A model generated the notes under the pieces. That model saw only the letters and a list, made by a program, of their open reading frames with translations. It searched no databases and was not told where the DNA came from. From positions 481,323-545,322 of IMG/VR virus record IMGVR_UViG_3300037484_000435: 64,000 nucleotides of DNA. One strand, 5' to 3'. A program made the translations under genes and the position numbers. This document shows positions 1 to 9,822 of the stretch, in pieces. Position 1 is the first letter of the stretch, and each line of letters opens with the position of its first letter. The stretch is from a virus (lineage: Duplodnaviria > Caudoviricetes).

Positions 1-61
1 CACTTCTTCAGTATCAGGTAAAGCTAGTCGAGTAGTCCGTGCCATTTTGTCCTCCGTTAGT

Positions 62-409
62 TTAGGCTGATGTATTACTCTTGGGCTTGGACCAGTAATA
101 CTTAATCAGCTCGATTGCTGTTTCAACATTCAAGAACGCATAATATCGCCACTTAACCCACAGGGGAGTGTTCTCAAATTTGAATAAAGCTCTGCGTTTC
201 TCAGGGCCCACCACACGATACACCTCGTAAGATGAAAGTATAGTGTCCCAACTTTGGAAATCTACAAAAAGATTAATTTTAATATCTCGTGAGTCGTAAT
301 TATTGAGAGATTCCTTTGATACTAATTCAAATCCATTTTTCATCAAAATATCTGCTACCCTAACCTTCTCCAATTTATAAGGAGATAAGATTGCAGCATA
401 CATTGCCAA
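62..409 (-). CDS. Hypothetical protein (115 aa)
   Basis: ORF with upstream GGAGG-like RBS (revcomp of cctcc near 418-422); no motif recognised. Confidence 0.6.
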   Translation of the reverse strand: MAMYAAILSPYKLEKVRVADILMKNGFELVSKESLNNYDSRDIKINLFVDFQSWDTILSSYEVYRVVGPEKRRALFKFENTPLWVKWRYYAFLNVETAIELIKYYWSKPKSNTSA

Positions 410-673
410 ATTAAGTCGCCTCCTTGAATCACATTTTTAATTGTGATTCCAAATTATTGTCCTGCCTTTTAAAAGTAATTTACATTTTTCTGGTTTTACA
501 TTGCACGGTTCTCCTTTCACGTGGCGAAACGCGATACGAACCTTTATCTAACCTACTCACATATCAATGCGTTGATATTATTATCAACACTAACTCGGGT
601 CACCGATTAATTACTAACCTATTATACACATTAGAGTGATGCTTTGAACTAATTCTTAAAAGGAGATTTTTTT

Positions 674-1783
674 ATGAAATTAACCGTCCCTCTAAAGCTA
701 CTAACCGATGGAACTCAATCTAAAATCCTTCACGATACTATTCTGGAGGCTAATAGGGTAAGTAATTTAATCGCGTCTATTGCTTGGGAACGGCATACAG
801 TAGGTAAGATTGCTCTACAAAAATTAGTTTACCATGATCTACGTAACAAAACTACTCTGTCATCACAAATGTTAATTCATGCGATTCATAAAGTTGCTGA
901 TGCTTATCGGATTAACAAAAAGGTTGTTCCCCAGTTTAACCCCAAAGGTTCTATTGCTTATGATGCACGGATACTTACCGTTCGGAATGAAAAACAATAC
1001 ATCACAATATGGACAACATTGGGACGCATCAAAGTTGCTTACACGTCAGGCACTAAACAGCTTAAGTTATTAAATCAAACTATCAAGATTGGGGAATGTG
1101 ACCTCATCTTGAGAAATAACCGATGGTACCTACATTGCTCTCTAGAAGTTCCTGAGAAGCACCATCAAAAACCCCAAGGCATGTTGGGAGTCGATCTCGG
1201 AATTAAGAATATTGCGGTAACTTCCGACAATAAGGTTTATTGTGGTGCCCAACTTAACAGTTTACGTAAACGCCACTGCCGTTTGCGTGCTAAATTGCAA
1301 TCGAAGGGAACCCGTTCCGCAAAACGGTTGCTACGTAAACGTAGTAAACGTGAATCTCGGATGGCGCGCAACGCTAATCACATAATCTCCAAACGTATTG
1401 TTGCCACGGCTAAATGCACGAAGCGTAGTATTGCCCTTGAAAATCTTAAAGGCATTACTAAGCGGACTAAGGTTTCTAAAGCCCAGCGTAATCAGCAACA
1501 TAGTTGGAGTTTTTACCAACTTAAATCTTTCATTGAATATAAGGCCCGCCTCGTGGGTGTAGAAGTAGTTCTAGTTAATCCTAAAAATACTAGCATCACT
1601 TGCCCTAAATGTGGCTTAATTCGAAAATCCAATCGTCGTGACCGAGATCACTTCGTTTGTAGACGTAAAGAGTGTGGTTACGCTGACCATGCTGATTACG
1701 TGGCCGCTTTAAACATCGCGTCTAAAGCGGCGGTTGTGGGGCATAGCCCTAACGTCAACCAACCCAACGTTTCGGTGGCATAA
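674..1783 (+). CDS. tnpB: IS200/IS605-family TnpB RNA-guided nuclease
   Basis: RuvC-I LGVDLGIKN, RuvC-II IALENL, zinc finger CPKC...CRRKEC, RuvC-III ADYVAALNI; RBS aaggag. Confidence 0.93.
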   Translation: MKLTVPLKLLTDGTQSKILHDTILEANRVSNLIASIAWERHTVGKIALQKLVYHDLRNKTTLSSQMLIHAIHKVADAYRINKKVVPQFNPKGSIAYDARILTVRNEKQYITIWTTLGRIKVAYTSGTKQLKLLNQTIKIGECDLILRNNRWYLHCSLEVPEKHHQKPQGMLGVDLGIKNIAVTSDNKVYCGAQLNSLRKRHCRLRAKLQSKGTRSAKRLLRKRSKRESRMARNANHIISKRIVATAKCTKRSIALENLKGITKRTKVSKAQRNQQHSWSFYQLKSFIEYKARLVGVEVVLVNPKNTSITCPKCGLIRKSNRRDRDHFVCRRKECGYADHADYVAALNIASKAAVVGHSPNVNQPNVSVA

Positions 1784-1826
1784 ACCACTAGAGATAAGTT
1801 CTGGGCTTTAATCCAGAATAGTTGAC
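1740..1826 (+). ncRNA. 3' part of TnpB omega/reRNA and transposon right end (5' boundary approximate)
   Basis: Hairpin ttctgg-gctttaat-ccagaa followed by TAGTTGAC, typical of IS605/IS1341-group right ends; putative guide starts at 1827. Confidence 0.6.
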
Positions 1827-1838
1827 AAATCATTTTAA

Positions 1839-2003
1839 TTAAGATTGATTCTGAGATTTTTCTTTGGGCTTTATATTGGGCCGTTGACGCACGGACAATT
1901 CGCGTCCACAGGATTCACACTTGTAGATGTTTCTTCTACGTGTTCTCCTGTCTAAAACAAACTGACCGCCACAACTTAAGCACTTCAGTCGATCTATTTC
2001 CAT
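1839..2003 (-). CDS. Small zinc-ribbon protein (54 aa; not in ORF track)
   Basis: Manual translation MEIDRLKCLSCGGQ...YKCESCGREL...; two CxxC motifs; RBS ggagagg directly upstream. Confidence 0.7.
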   Translation of the reverse strand: MEIDRLKCLSCGGQFVLDRRTRRRNIYKCESCGRELSVRQRPNIKPKEKSQNQS

Positions 2004-2295
2004 CCTCTCCTAATGAGCACATTTATTGTTATTAGGTAATTTTTACATACAATAGATTTACATTGCACCGAGAATTACCAAACTCGTTAGGGCCTCTTCG
2101 CCAATGTTATAAAGGCTTTTTAGGTAATACACACTACCCCTTACTCTCAGGATTGTTTAATGTATTACAACAGAGCCCACCACTAGAGGAGTATGTTGGG
2201 GGTGTTATGACCTAAATAACGTAGCTTCGTATGAAGCTGAGGCTAGTCAACCAAGGCAGTTTAGTGCCTCCACCATTGAGTGGGAGTTAATTGAC
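2004..2295 (-). ncRNA. Orphan IscB-type omega RNA (HEARO) / non-autonomous IS200/605 element
   Basis: Minus strand reads gtcaa...ttgactagcc...acgttatttaggtcat...attaaaca..ctgagag...aagcctttataac..ggcga.gagg, collinear with the omega RNA upstream of iscB at 9576; no iscB ORF follows. Confidence 0.85.
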
Positions 2296-2358
2296 TCTAC
2301 TCCTTTGCTTACCATAGAAATGTGCTACCCAATATAAAAGGCCAGTTAAACTAGCAGA

Positions 2359-2952
2359 CTATTCTTCGTCGTAGTCCGCTGGGTCAAAATACTCTTCGTC
2401 ATCATCAGTAGGCTCTTCCTCAGCTACTGGAGGTGTAACAGCGGCTGCGGCTGCTGCTGCCAGTGCTCGTGCCTTAGCACGCTCAGCTTTTTCCTCGTCG
2501 GACATCTTGGGCCTGCCCCTTCGCTTGGCTGTTTCCTCAGACGTTTCCTCTTTCGCGGGCGTAACTACCTTGGGAGCGGAAGGTTTAGAAGCAACGGGTT
2601 TAACAGGTTCAGTAACCGCGTCTTGCTTCTCGTATTTTGTTATCAACTCCATGATGCTGGCTTCATCATAGTTGACGTTCATTACTTCAGCCAGTTGCTG
2701 AGCAATAGCAGGGCGGCTAGATTTAGGAACTCCCCCAGCAGCTAACGTTCTGAGAGCAACTGCTTCTCGTTGCAAGCTCAATCTAGTGCTGTCAGCCTTA
2801 TCTAAAGCTTCAAGAGCCTCCTTTCTGGTTGTTTCGTTCGCAACAACCTTCTTCTCCAACCGAATCAATTCCTTTTTGATGTATTCTGGTGTTACTGACA
2901 TTAGTCTCCTCAGACTGTTTTGTGTTCCTCTAAAAATGAGGCAACACTTCAT
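2359..2952 (-). CDS. Hypothetical protein: N-terminal coiled coil, AT-hook-like RRGRPK, acidic tail
   Basis: ORF translation; true start may be the internal MSVTPEY. Confidence 0.65.
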   Translation of the reverse strand: MKCCLIFRGTQNSLRRLMSVTPEYIKKELIRLEKKVVANETTRKEALEALDKADSTRLSLQREAVALRTLAAGGVPKSSRPAIAQQLAEVMNVNYDEASIMELITKYEKQDAVTEPVKPVASKPSAPKVVTPAKEETSEETAKRRGRPKMSDEEKAERAKARALAAAAAAAVTPPVAEEEPTDDDEEYFDPADYDEE

Positions 2953-3217
2953 TTAGCAGTAGGGATTTTTAAATGAACGGCTCCTTTCATTTTTGGTTAA
3001 AAAAATAACCTAATCCCTAACCTTGGTTAAGAAACTCCTTTCTTTCTTTATATAAATTTCTTTCTTTCCCTCCTATACTGACTATCGTCAGATAGGCTGT
3101 ATTAAGGAGGGTAAACCCACCTAAATACTACTGTACCCTGATAAATATATTTATTGATATTGAGGAGGGTTAATAAAAAAACGGACGCCCGCACGCACGG
3201 AAAGAGGAAATTACGAA
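2953..3217. promoter_or_regulatory. Divergent intergenic region between the minus- and plus-strand gene blocks
   Basis: Strand switch, AT-rich tracts, small hairpins; promoter elements not precisely assignable. Confidence 0.4.
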
Positions 3218-3409
3218 ATGTCGAGCGAAAAACCATTGAATGAAAAAGAACTTTATATTTGCTGTCGTTGTGGCTGGATAGGAACGAGGTGGGGAGACTG
3301 TCAACAATGTCCTAATGATGATTTAACGCCAAGGTCTGAGGTTGAACAAACATATCTCAACTGTTTGCAACTACTACAAAAATTTTGGGAATATGACTGG
3401 AATAAGTAA
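3218..3409 (+). CDS. Small zinc-ribbon protein
   Basis: CCRC...CQQC; RBS gagga. Confidence 0.6.
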   Translation: MSSEKPLNEKELYICCRCGWIGTRWGDCQQCPNDDLTPRSEVEQTYLNCLQLLQKFWEYDWNK

Positions 3410-3411
3410 TT

Positions 3412-4203
3412 TTGGAGAGACGGGGAATAACAATGGGATGTTGGAATGGTACTTGTTTGATAAGTAATCTCCCAATCTATGCGGGAGATAAAGTAGTATT
3501 TTTTGTATTAAAGAGAAAACGCTATGCTAAATTAGATGCCGTAGAAGGAGGTCATCATTATGTGGATGACCTGTATGAGCCCTTACTTTACCCTATCGTG
3601 GGGGAGTATGATGACTACGGCTGTATTGAGAATGTGTCCGAAGACTTCTCTTTGATAGAAAAGTATTTTGAAAGCGTTGAATTAACTGAAAACGACTGGG
3701 ACAAAGACAACGATGTTTTCAGAAATATAGAAAGAGGAAATTACAAAGGATACGGCCATGCACTAATTCACAAAGACATCTATGACGCCTTGATCGAGAA
3801 AACCTATGACAGAGGTGAATGGTGGACCAAAGGTAAAAGCCTCAGGGACCATGTAGTAGAAAACATCGAGAAAAAAACAGAGGAATACTTTAGGCATAAA
3901 CAAATTTGGGACAAGGATAACGGGGGCATCCCCTTTAATCTCGTAGGTGGGACGTATGACCTCGTCTGCGGAAGAGATAGTCGCGACTTCTTCATTGCTA
4001 GATACCTCAAGACACAGGATGAAACGCTTCGTAACAAATTGATAGAAACGCACTTAATAAATGTCGTGCTAAGTCAATGTAGGAAATTTTGGTTTACTCA
4101 AACTGGGTCGGGTAGCCAAAGTAGTGAAGTAGAACTGTATGAGATTTTGGCTAATAAGATGATAGAGAAGTGTCAGCGATGGAGTGAAGAGAACGGATAT
4201 TGA
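3412..4203 (+). CDS. Phage hypothetical protein (263 aa; likely start at MGCWNGTC)
   Basis: Long ORF in gene-dense context. Confidence 0.7.
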   Translation: MERRGITMGCWNGTCLISNLPIYAGDKVVFFVLKRKRYAKLDAVEGGHHYVDDLYEPLLYPIVGEYDDYGCIENVSEDFSLIEKYFESVELTENDWDKDNDVFRNIERGNYKGYGHALIHKDIYDALIEKTYDRGEWWTKGKSLRDHVVENIEKKTEEYFRHKQIWDKDNGGIPFNLVGGTYDLVCGRDSRDFFIARYLKTQDETLRNKLIETHLINVVLSQCRKFWFTQTGSGSQSSEVELYEILANKMIEKCQRWSEENGY

Positions 4204-4270
4204 TGTGAGCAATCCAATTAGACTAACCAACTAACACCAACATAACTAAATACTTAGGAGGACTTTTAGA

Positions 4271-4924
4271 TTGAAATTAAAACTACCAATTCTATTTTTG
4301 TTGACCGTAGTGCTGGTAAGTAACGCCAGTGCTTTTCTGTCTTTCGAAGACCACATCATCACGTCTTATCGTGATTCCATAAGGTACGTAGAAAAGGCGG
4401 GAATAAAGGGACCGATAGCCAATGAGATAACCAAATGGGCTATCGTGAGACAACTGCATGAAAATGGGCTTGATCGCCCCGCCACATACTGCATACCTGG
4501 AATAGGGTGCGGTGGTTGGAATGAGGAAAATTTAAAATGGTGCCTTAAACGCATACCTAACAACATACAACTAAGCCAAATCAGAGACTCTGAGGGGGCA
4601 TTAATGTATGTGTTGAAAGGCGAGAAGGCCAACCTTATTTCTACTGCCACTGTGGCACTGTTATTTGATTACTATGTTGAAAAGATGCCGTGGTTCTCAG
4701 CCAAAGAAAAAGAGGCATGGTCCGAATCAAAGAAATATTCCTATCTGATATCCCAAGGTTTTGTATTACCCGATTACGTAGAGGCGTTTGAAAATCTTCG
4801 TGAAGAACGCGAGAAGATTCTCAGGAAGTGCAACGGAGCTTACGGACCAGGAAGAGATAGGATAATAGGAGAGGTTAAGAAACTTGCCCAACTCTTCAAT
4901 CACATATTGGAGACCGGTCGTTAG
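4271..4924 (+). CDS. Secreted hypothetical protein
   Basis: N-terminal signal peptide (MKLKLPILFLLTVVLVSNASA); RBS aggagg. Confidence 0.7.
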   Translation: MKLKLPILFLLTVVLVSNASAFLSFEDHIITSYRDSIRYVEKAGIKGPIANEITKWAIVRQLHENGLDRPATYCIPGIGCGGWNEENLKWCLKRIPNNIQLSQIRDSEGALMYVLKGEKANLISTATVALLFDYYVEKMPWFSAKEKEAWSESKKYSYLISQGFVLPDYVEAFENLREEREKILRKCNGAYGPGRDRIIGEVKKLAQLFNHILETGR

Positions 4925-5646
4925 AGACTGGCAAGAAATTGAGGGAAGAGTAGTCCAACTAACGGGCCCGTGGGAATGTCCTAAATGCAACGGCCATGTT
5001 ATGTTGGACTACGCTTTCTACGAGCATACTGGTGGCTGTGTTGAAAGCAACTCAGACCCAGAAGTTGAACTACAATATGAAGGGCAGGAATATTGCTTCT
5101 GCCCTTACTGCCATGCCAAACTACATTATCCAAAGGATTGGCCAGAACAAAAGGAATCTGTAAAATGATAGTAGGCGATGACATAAAAACAATGGAAGAG
5201 AGTTTGTGTTTCTGCGGCCCATCGTGGGCTGACCGTAGAGCAAAGAGACAATTCTTTATTACAGCGTGGAACCTAGGACCTTACCAAGAGTACCGTTGTA
5301 GCTATTGTGGAAACATGGCTTTGCTTGACACGCGTAACAACGTCTTTATGGTACAAGTGTTAGAGCGGCCCATGTATGACATGAAAGAACAAACAGAGTG
5401 GTATTCTAAACATTGTAGGAGCGTCAAATGAAATTCAAATACTTTGACCCTATTGTCTGTCTCATAACTCTGATGGTCCTAGCCTCCACCTATTACATGT
5501 TCCAAACTTGGATAGCTGTAGTAATTGCCTTTCTACTCATGGTTATTGGACACGATTGGGATTATATCATTCAGCTGAAAAAAGAAATAACCTCTCTGCG
5601 GTATGACTTGGGTAAGGAAAGGCAGACAGGGCCGTGGGATGATTAA
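4884..5646 (+). other. Three small hypothetical CDS (4884-5168 Cys-rich, 5165-5431 CxxC, 5428-5646 membrane)
   Basis: ATGA stop/start overlaps. Confidence 0.6.
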
Positions 5647-5657
5647 GGGGCACTCAA

Positions 5658-6119
5658 ATGAGTAGAGTATCATATTTGAATACCCAGTTTAGTGAAGATG
5701 CTTTTGACACAATCTATTTCACAGACGAGGAGAAAGAGTTCCAAATGCTCCGCCTCAAACAGTTCAGGCGTGAAGGTCTCGTTGACGAGGAGATAATGCC
5801 GTATGTGGATAGGATCAATTTGCTCCCTTGGGCGTTAACTGTCTCTAGTTGCACGGGTCACGGAAAATATGCTTATCATCCTCATTTGGTGATTAGGATA
5901 CGAATGCCCTTTGAAAAGTTTTTTGAAGCAATAGTGAGGCCAGCATCACGTGTTCACCAGAACAACGCACATCTAGGAAGAGTTATTACCGCTGTAACCA
6001 TGCATGGGATTCAAAGAGGGTGGCCAGCTTTTAAGTTTCATTTTCATGAGAGTGCTTGGGAGAGCGAGGTAGAAGATCTAGTAACTACTCTTGAGCAAGT
6101 AGAGTGGAGAAAAGTATGA
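5658..6119 (+). CDS. Hypothetical protein with TYW3-like motif
   Basis: DEEIMPYVDRIN...TVSSCTGH resembles the DxxIxxLLxxIN...TTSSCSGR motif of TYW3 tRNA methyltransferases. Confidence 0.4.
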   Translation: MSRVSYLNTQFSEDAFDTIYFTDEEKEFQMLRLKQFRREGLVDEEIMPYVDRINLLPWALTVSSCTGHGKYAYHPHLVIRIRMPFEKFFEAIVRPASRVHQNNAHLGRVITAVTMHGIQRGWPAFKFHFHESAWESEVEDLVTTLEQVEWRKV

Positions 6120-7049
6120 GAGTATTCACAGAACTGTTTATTGACGAACTCCGTATCTTGGTAGCTGACAGAGATTACGACATCGATATCTATACCTACG
6201 AAGCAGGAGACCCAGAAGGCTCCAACGAACACCCTTATGTATTTGCCTCTACTACTTTGAGTAAGCATAACTGGGTTTACGGTATAGGTGGCACAGCAGA
6301 AGAAGCTCTGCAGGATTTACAAGAAGTTGTAATAATGTTATATGAAGTCGCGATGGAAGACCTAGAAAACAACCTTGAACACTGCCACCAATCCTACATA
6401 GAGCAAATCAAATGGTGGGCAAACCACTGGAGACTTACAACGATTTATGTTCCTGATGAGGTGGCAGATTTAGAACCTAGTAGCCATGAACGTTGGGAAG
6501 AGTGGTACAGAAAATATGACCCAGAACATATCAAGTATATGGTAACGGGCGAATACGAACCAGAGGAAGAGAATGTTACCTACACGTCAGCAGGTGGACG
6601 AAAAACTAAGTTGTCTTGGATATAAGCCGTGGCCTAACTTTTATGGCCAACCACATGGCTGGTTCATGATTTATAACAACAAGAAACTACACTCAGACAT
6701 ACGACTCCATTACCTTGAATTACCAGAGATAGGAATGGGTCCTTATTATGTCGTTAGTTTCCCGCTCGGTAAAAACCTGTTTGGGATGAATCATCAAGGA
6801 ATCGAAACCCTTCATATTGAAACGGAAGGGGACCTAGACAAAATCATAAGCTTTGTGGACGAATACCACTCCCTCTTCGCTTACCGAGAACCTTGGCATT
6901 ATCAGGGAACTGAGTATGAACCCAAGGATGGTGGGCGCGGGTGGGCCCGAATAATGAAAAGTTGGGCGGATACTGTAGCTCAAAGTTCGTTGGAGTCAGA
7001 AGAGGAGTGGCGTGCATGGAGAAATAAACTGAGCGGAACAACACCATGA
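6116..7049 (+). other. Two hypothetical CDS (6116-6625, 6573-7049)
   Basis: Coupled ORFs, no motif recognised. Confidence 0.6.
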
Positions 7050-7222
7050 TTTCAATAAATCAATTCTACAGTTGTTGGGAAATAACTTCATGGAACGGGC
7101 GGGCAAGTTTAATTATTCACCGCCCGATTAACTGTTGGAAACGTAGTTTTTCTAACTTTAATACGCCTTGGTATCGCCGTATACCTTGGAAACTTATCAA
7201 AATAGAGAGGCACTGGTAATAA

Positions 7223-7564
7223 ATGAGATGGACATTTCCTACCTTTGTTGAGAACAGCGATGACTATGATTTGAAAACCATCGACGTTATAAGCCAAATT
7301 ACAGGAATCTCTAAATCGGAAACTCGACGATTAATGAAAGCAGGAGCTATCAAGTTTGATGGTTACACAACAACTCAACCTGTAGAAGAAAGCCTCCTCT
7401 TCTATGAAGCACCACACGACAAGGGTTTGTTAAAAGTTGGAAAAAGAAAGATGTTTGTTTATAACACGCACGTGGAACAAACCCCACTCATGATTGAAGA
7501 TTATGACCCAACAAACCCAGAACATCAAAATTTGCCTACAGATTATTTGCAGAACTGGGTATAG
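7223..7564 (+). CDS. Stand-alone S4-like RNA-binding protein resembling the TyrRS C-terminal domain
   Basis: SKSETRRLMKAGAIKFDG...LLKVGKRK matches the bacterial TyrRS S4 domain pattern SKSEARRLIxQGAVxxxG...xxxVGKRK. Confidence 0.65.
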   Translation: MRWTFPTFVENSDDYDLKTIDVISQITGISKSETRRLMKAGAIKFDGYTTTQPVEESLLFYEAPHDKGLLKVGKRKMFVYNTHVEQTPLMIEDYDPTNPEHQNLPTDYLQNWV

Positions 7565-7576
7565 TAAGGACAAAAA

Positions 7577-8531
7577 ATGGCTAAAGCAGAAACATTCAAA
7601 CCTATTATACACGCTGGGTATATGATTGAAGAAATACTTATGCGTAAAGAAAGTTTTAAAAGTTGGTGGGTTGTTTGGTACAATCACGAAACCATGGAAA
7701 GTGCTGGAATGGAGCACTTCGATTCCTTTGATGAAGCATCTAAGTGGAATGAGGAAAACCCCCCCAAGAAAATAAAGGAAGGGAACTTTACCAGAGCTAC
7801 AATCATATTTGCGGGTTACTAAAAGGAGTTGTAGATGTTCAAAAGCACTTGGTATGAAGGTGAAGGCGATGACATGCAACGCGTTTCGGCCAAAGAGGCC
7901 AACGATGTAGCGTTCTGCACAGAATTCAATAACGAGCAGTTTCTTCGGGTGGCAGTCTGTGATGTGACTGACCAAGGTCTACCCCTGCCAGCCCCCCATG
8001 TCGTTATAGAAGTGGAAGGGAATTTGTACTGGGAAGGATATATAGACGACCTAAAGGATTTACTCAAAAGAAACACACAGCAAGCCAAGAGCTTGTCAGA
8101 TTAAACGGAGCAATTGTATGACAGTTTTAGATAAGGATACAAACGAAACAACCAAACAGGCTGTTATCAGCACGATCCGTAATACCGTAACGGGTATCCG
8201 CGAGGAATGGGGACGCCTGTTTGGAAAGACTGATGACGTTCATTGGGCCCTCTCAAAGGTGCTAGATGAATTAGAGAAATACAACACCGAGTATCATTCA
8301 TGGGATTGGGCTATCCAAAAACTTCAAGAAGGGAAATATGTAACGTGGATAAACTGGTCCCGCGACAGTTTTCTTGCACTGTCGAATGGACTTTTCACCA
8401 GATATAGTATATTCGATGGTAAGCCCAGATGCATGGGAGACTACCGGTTTGACGTGAGCAAGTTTACCCAAGACGGATGGACTTTATGGGAACCAAGAGA
8501 TGAAATTAATAACGAAAGAACTAATTGCTAA
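7577..8531 (+). other. Three hypothetical CDS (7577-7822, 7835-8104, 8118-8531)
   Basis: Each has an RBS; last has a DUF2829-like WAIQKLQEGKYV segment. Confidence 0.6.
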
Positions 8532-8823
8532 ATTCAAAAAACAAGGTGATACCTCTACGAGGAAAGCAGAAAACATAACTGTAATTGCTAAATTCTTTTG
8601 CCCGTGGGGCTCAGCCACATGGTTTGCTACAGACTATTTCCCAAACGACAATACTTGTTTTGGCTATGCCAACGTCTTGGGAGACGACTGTGCTGAACTG
8701 GGTTATTTCAGTATTGATGAGTTGGAAGAACTAACAGGTCCAATGGGACTTAAAATTGAACGTGACCTTTATTGGAAAGAACGAACACTCCAAGAGGTTA
8801 TGGACTGTAAAGGACATTGCTAA
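8500..8823 (+). CDS. DUF2958-family protein
   Basis: KFFCPWGSATWFATD...CFGY...ELGYFSIDEL...IERDLYW. Confidence 0.75.
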   Translation: MKLITKELIAKFKKQGDTSTRKAENITVIAKFFCPWGSATWFATDYFPNDNTCFGYANVLGDDCAELGYFSIDELEELTGPMGLKIERDLYWKERTLQEVMDCKGHC

Positions 8824-9533
8824 TGAACGGAGAAGACATAACTAAAGAATTTGAATGGCAAGACTCACCAGAACCAAATTACTGTGACAAAAAGTGTGAC
8901 CCACGTAACTGTAGTGCCTTGACTCTAATGCTTGAGGTGTTACACGAATACTTTGTTACGTGCGACGGACAAAAGGAGAGGCTCGTCGGAGCTAAACTGT
9001 GGTCCATTATAAGTGTGTACGTGATTCGACCCGAGATTACCGAAGAGCAGAAAGCGTGGGCCACTAAAGCATTTAGAGAATTAGCTAATAAAACGTTTGA
9101 TGACGTAGCTGATCGACACAATTACGGCCCCGACCCTAACTCGGAGAAGAAATGGTAAGAGGAAAAGGCTATGGGACGAATTACTAAATTGCTTAAAGAT
9201 ATACTGTATTCCGTAGAAAAAACAACATATGACCCACTGATGGTTTGTCTACTTGAAAAAACGGAAAAGAATATGTTACAGTGGTATAGAACCACTAAAG
9301 CTGACGGGAGCTACACCACCAAAGACGGAGACCTTACCTTTGAGATCAGACACTATAACGGTTATGAAGACGCATGGAGTGAGATCACCGTGAAGGACCA
9401 CGACAACGTTACAATTAAAACAATGTCCCATGGGGCTGAGCGTCTATACCAAATCCTATACAGACGAGAGATGGCCCCAATGTGGAAATACCAAACAGAA
9501 TGTGTAGATACTTACCTAAAAGAAAACTGTTGA
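8817..9533 (+). other. Two hypothetical CDS (8817-9158, 9171-9533)
   Basis: Coupled ORFs. Confidence 0.6.
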
Positions 9534-9575
9534 TAGTTTAACCTTCCTCATTCCTAATTTATATGGAGGTAACGT

Positions 9576-9800
9576 GTCAATTCCTTGTCTTTATGAGATA
9601 GACTTGAAAAAATTAAGTCTAATTGACTAGCCCCCACCCAATGAGTGGAAACGTTATTTAGGTCATGCTACCTGAAAATGCTCCTCAAGTTTTCAGCCCT
9701 AGCGTTTAGGATTAAACAGTTCTGAGAGGTAGGAACAGTGTTCTAAACTTAACAAGCCTTTATAACTGGGCGATGAGGCTCTAACCCTAAGTTGCATCAG
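9576..9800 (+). ncRNA. IscB omega RNA (HEARO)
   Basis: gtcaa...ttgactagcc...acgttatttaggtcat...attaaacag...aagcctttataac...ggcgatgagg directly upstream of iscB; 3' boundary approximate. Confidence 0.88.
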
Positions 9801-9822
9801 CAACAAGGAGTAAAAACTTATT

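Noticed and set aside
424-449. Hairpin gaatcaca...tgtgattc resembling the sequence right after the first TnpB right end (aatcattttaatt...tgattc)
   Set aside because: The similarity is gapped and AT-rich with a poor seed match; cannot be called a target or a duplication.
424-639. 71-aa plus-strand ORF upstream of tnpB
   Set aside because: No RBS or motif; overlaps the probable transposon left end and promoter; not TnpA-like (no HUH motif).
4271-4924. Possible lytic transglycosylase
   Set aside because: Only a vague HENG resemblance to the catalytic ES motif; other SLT motifs were not found.
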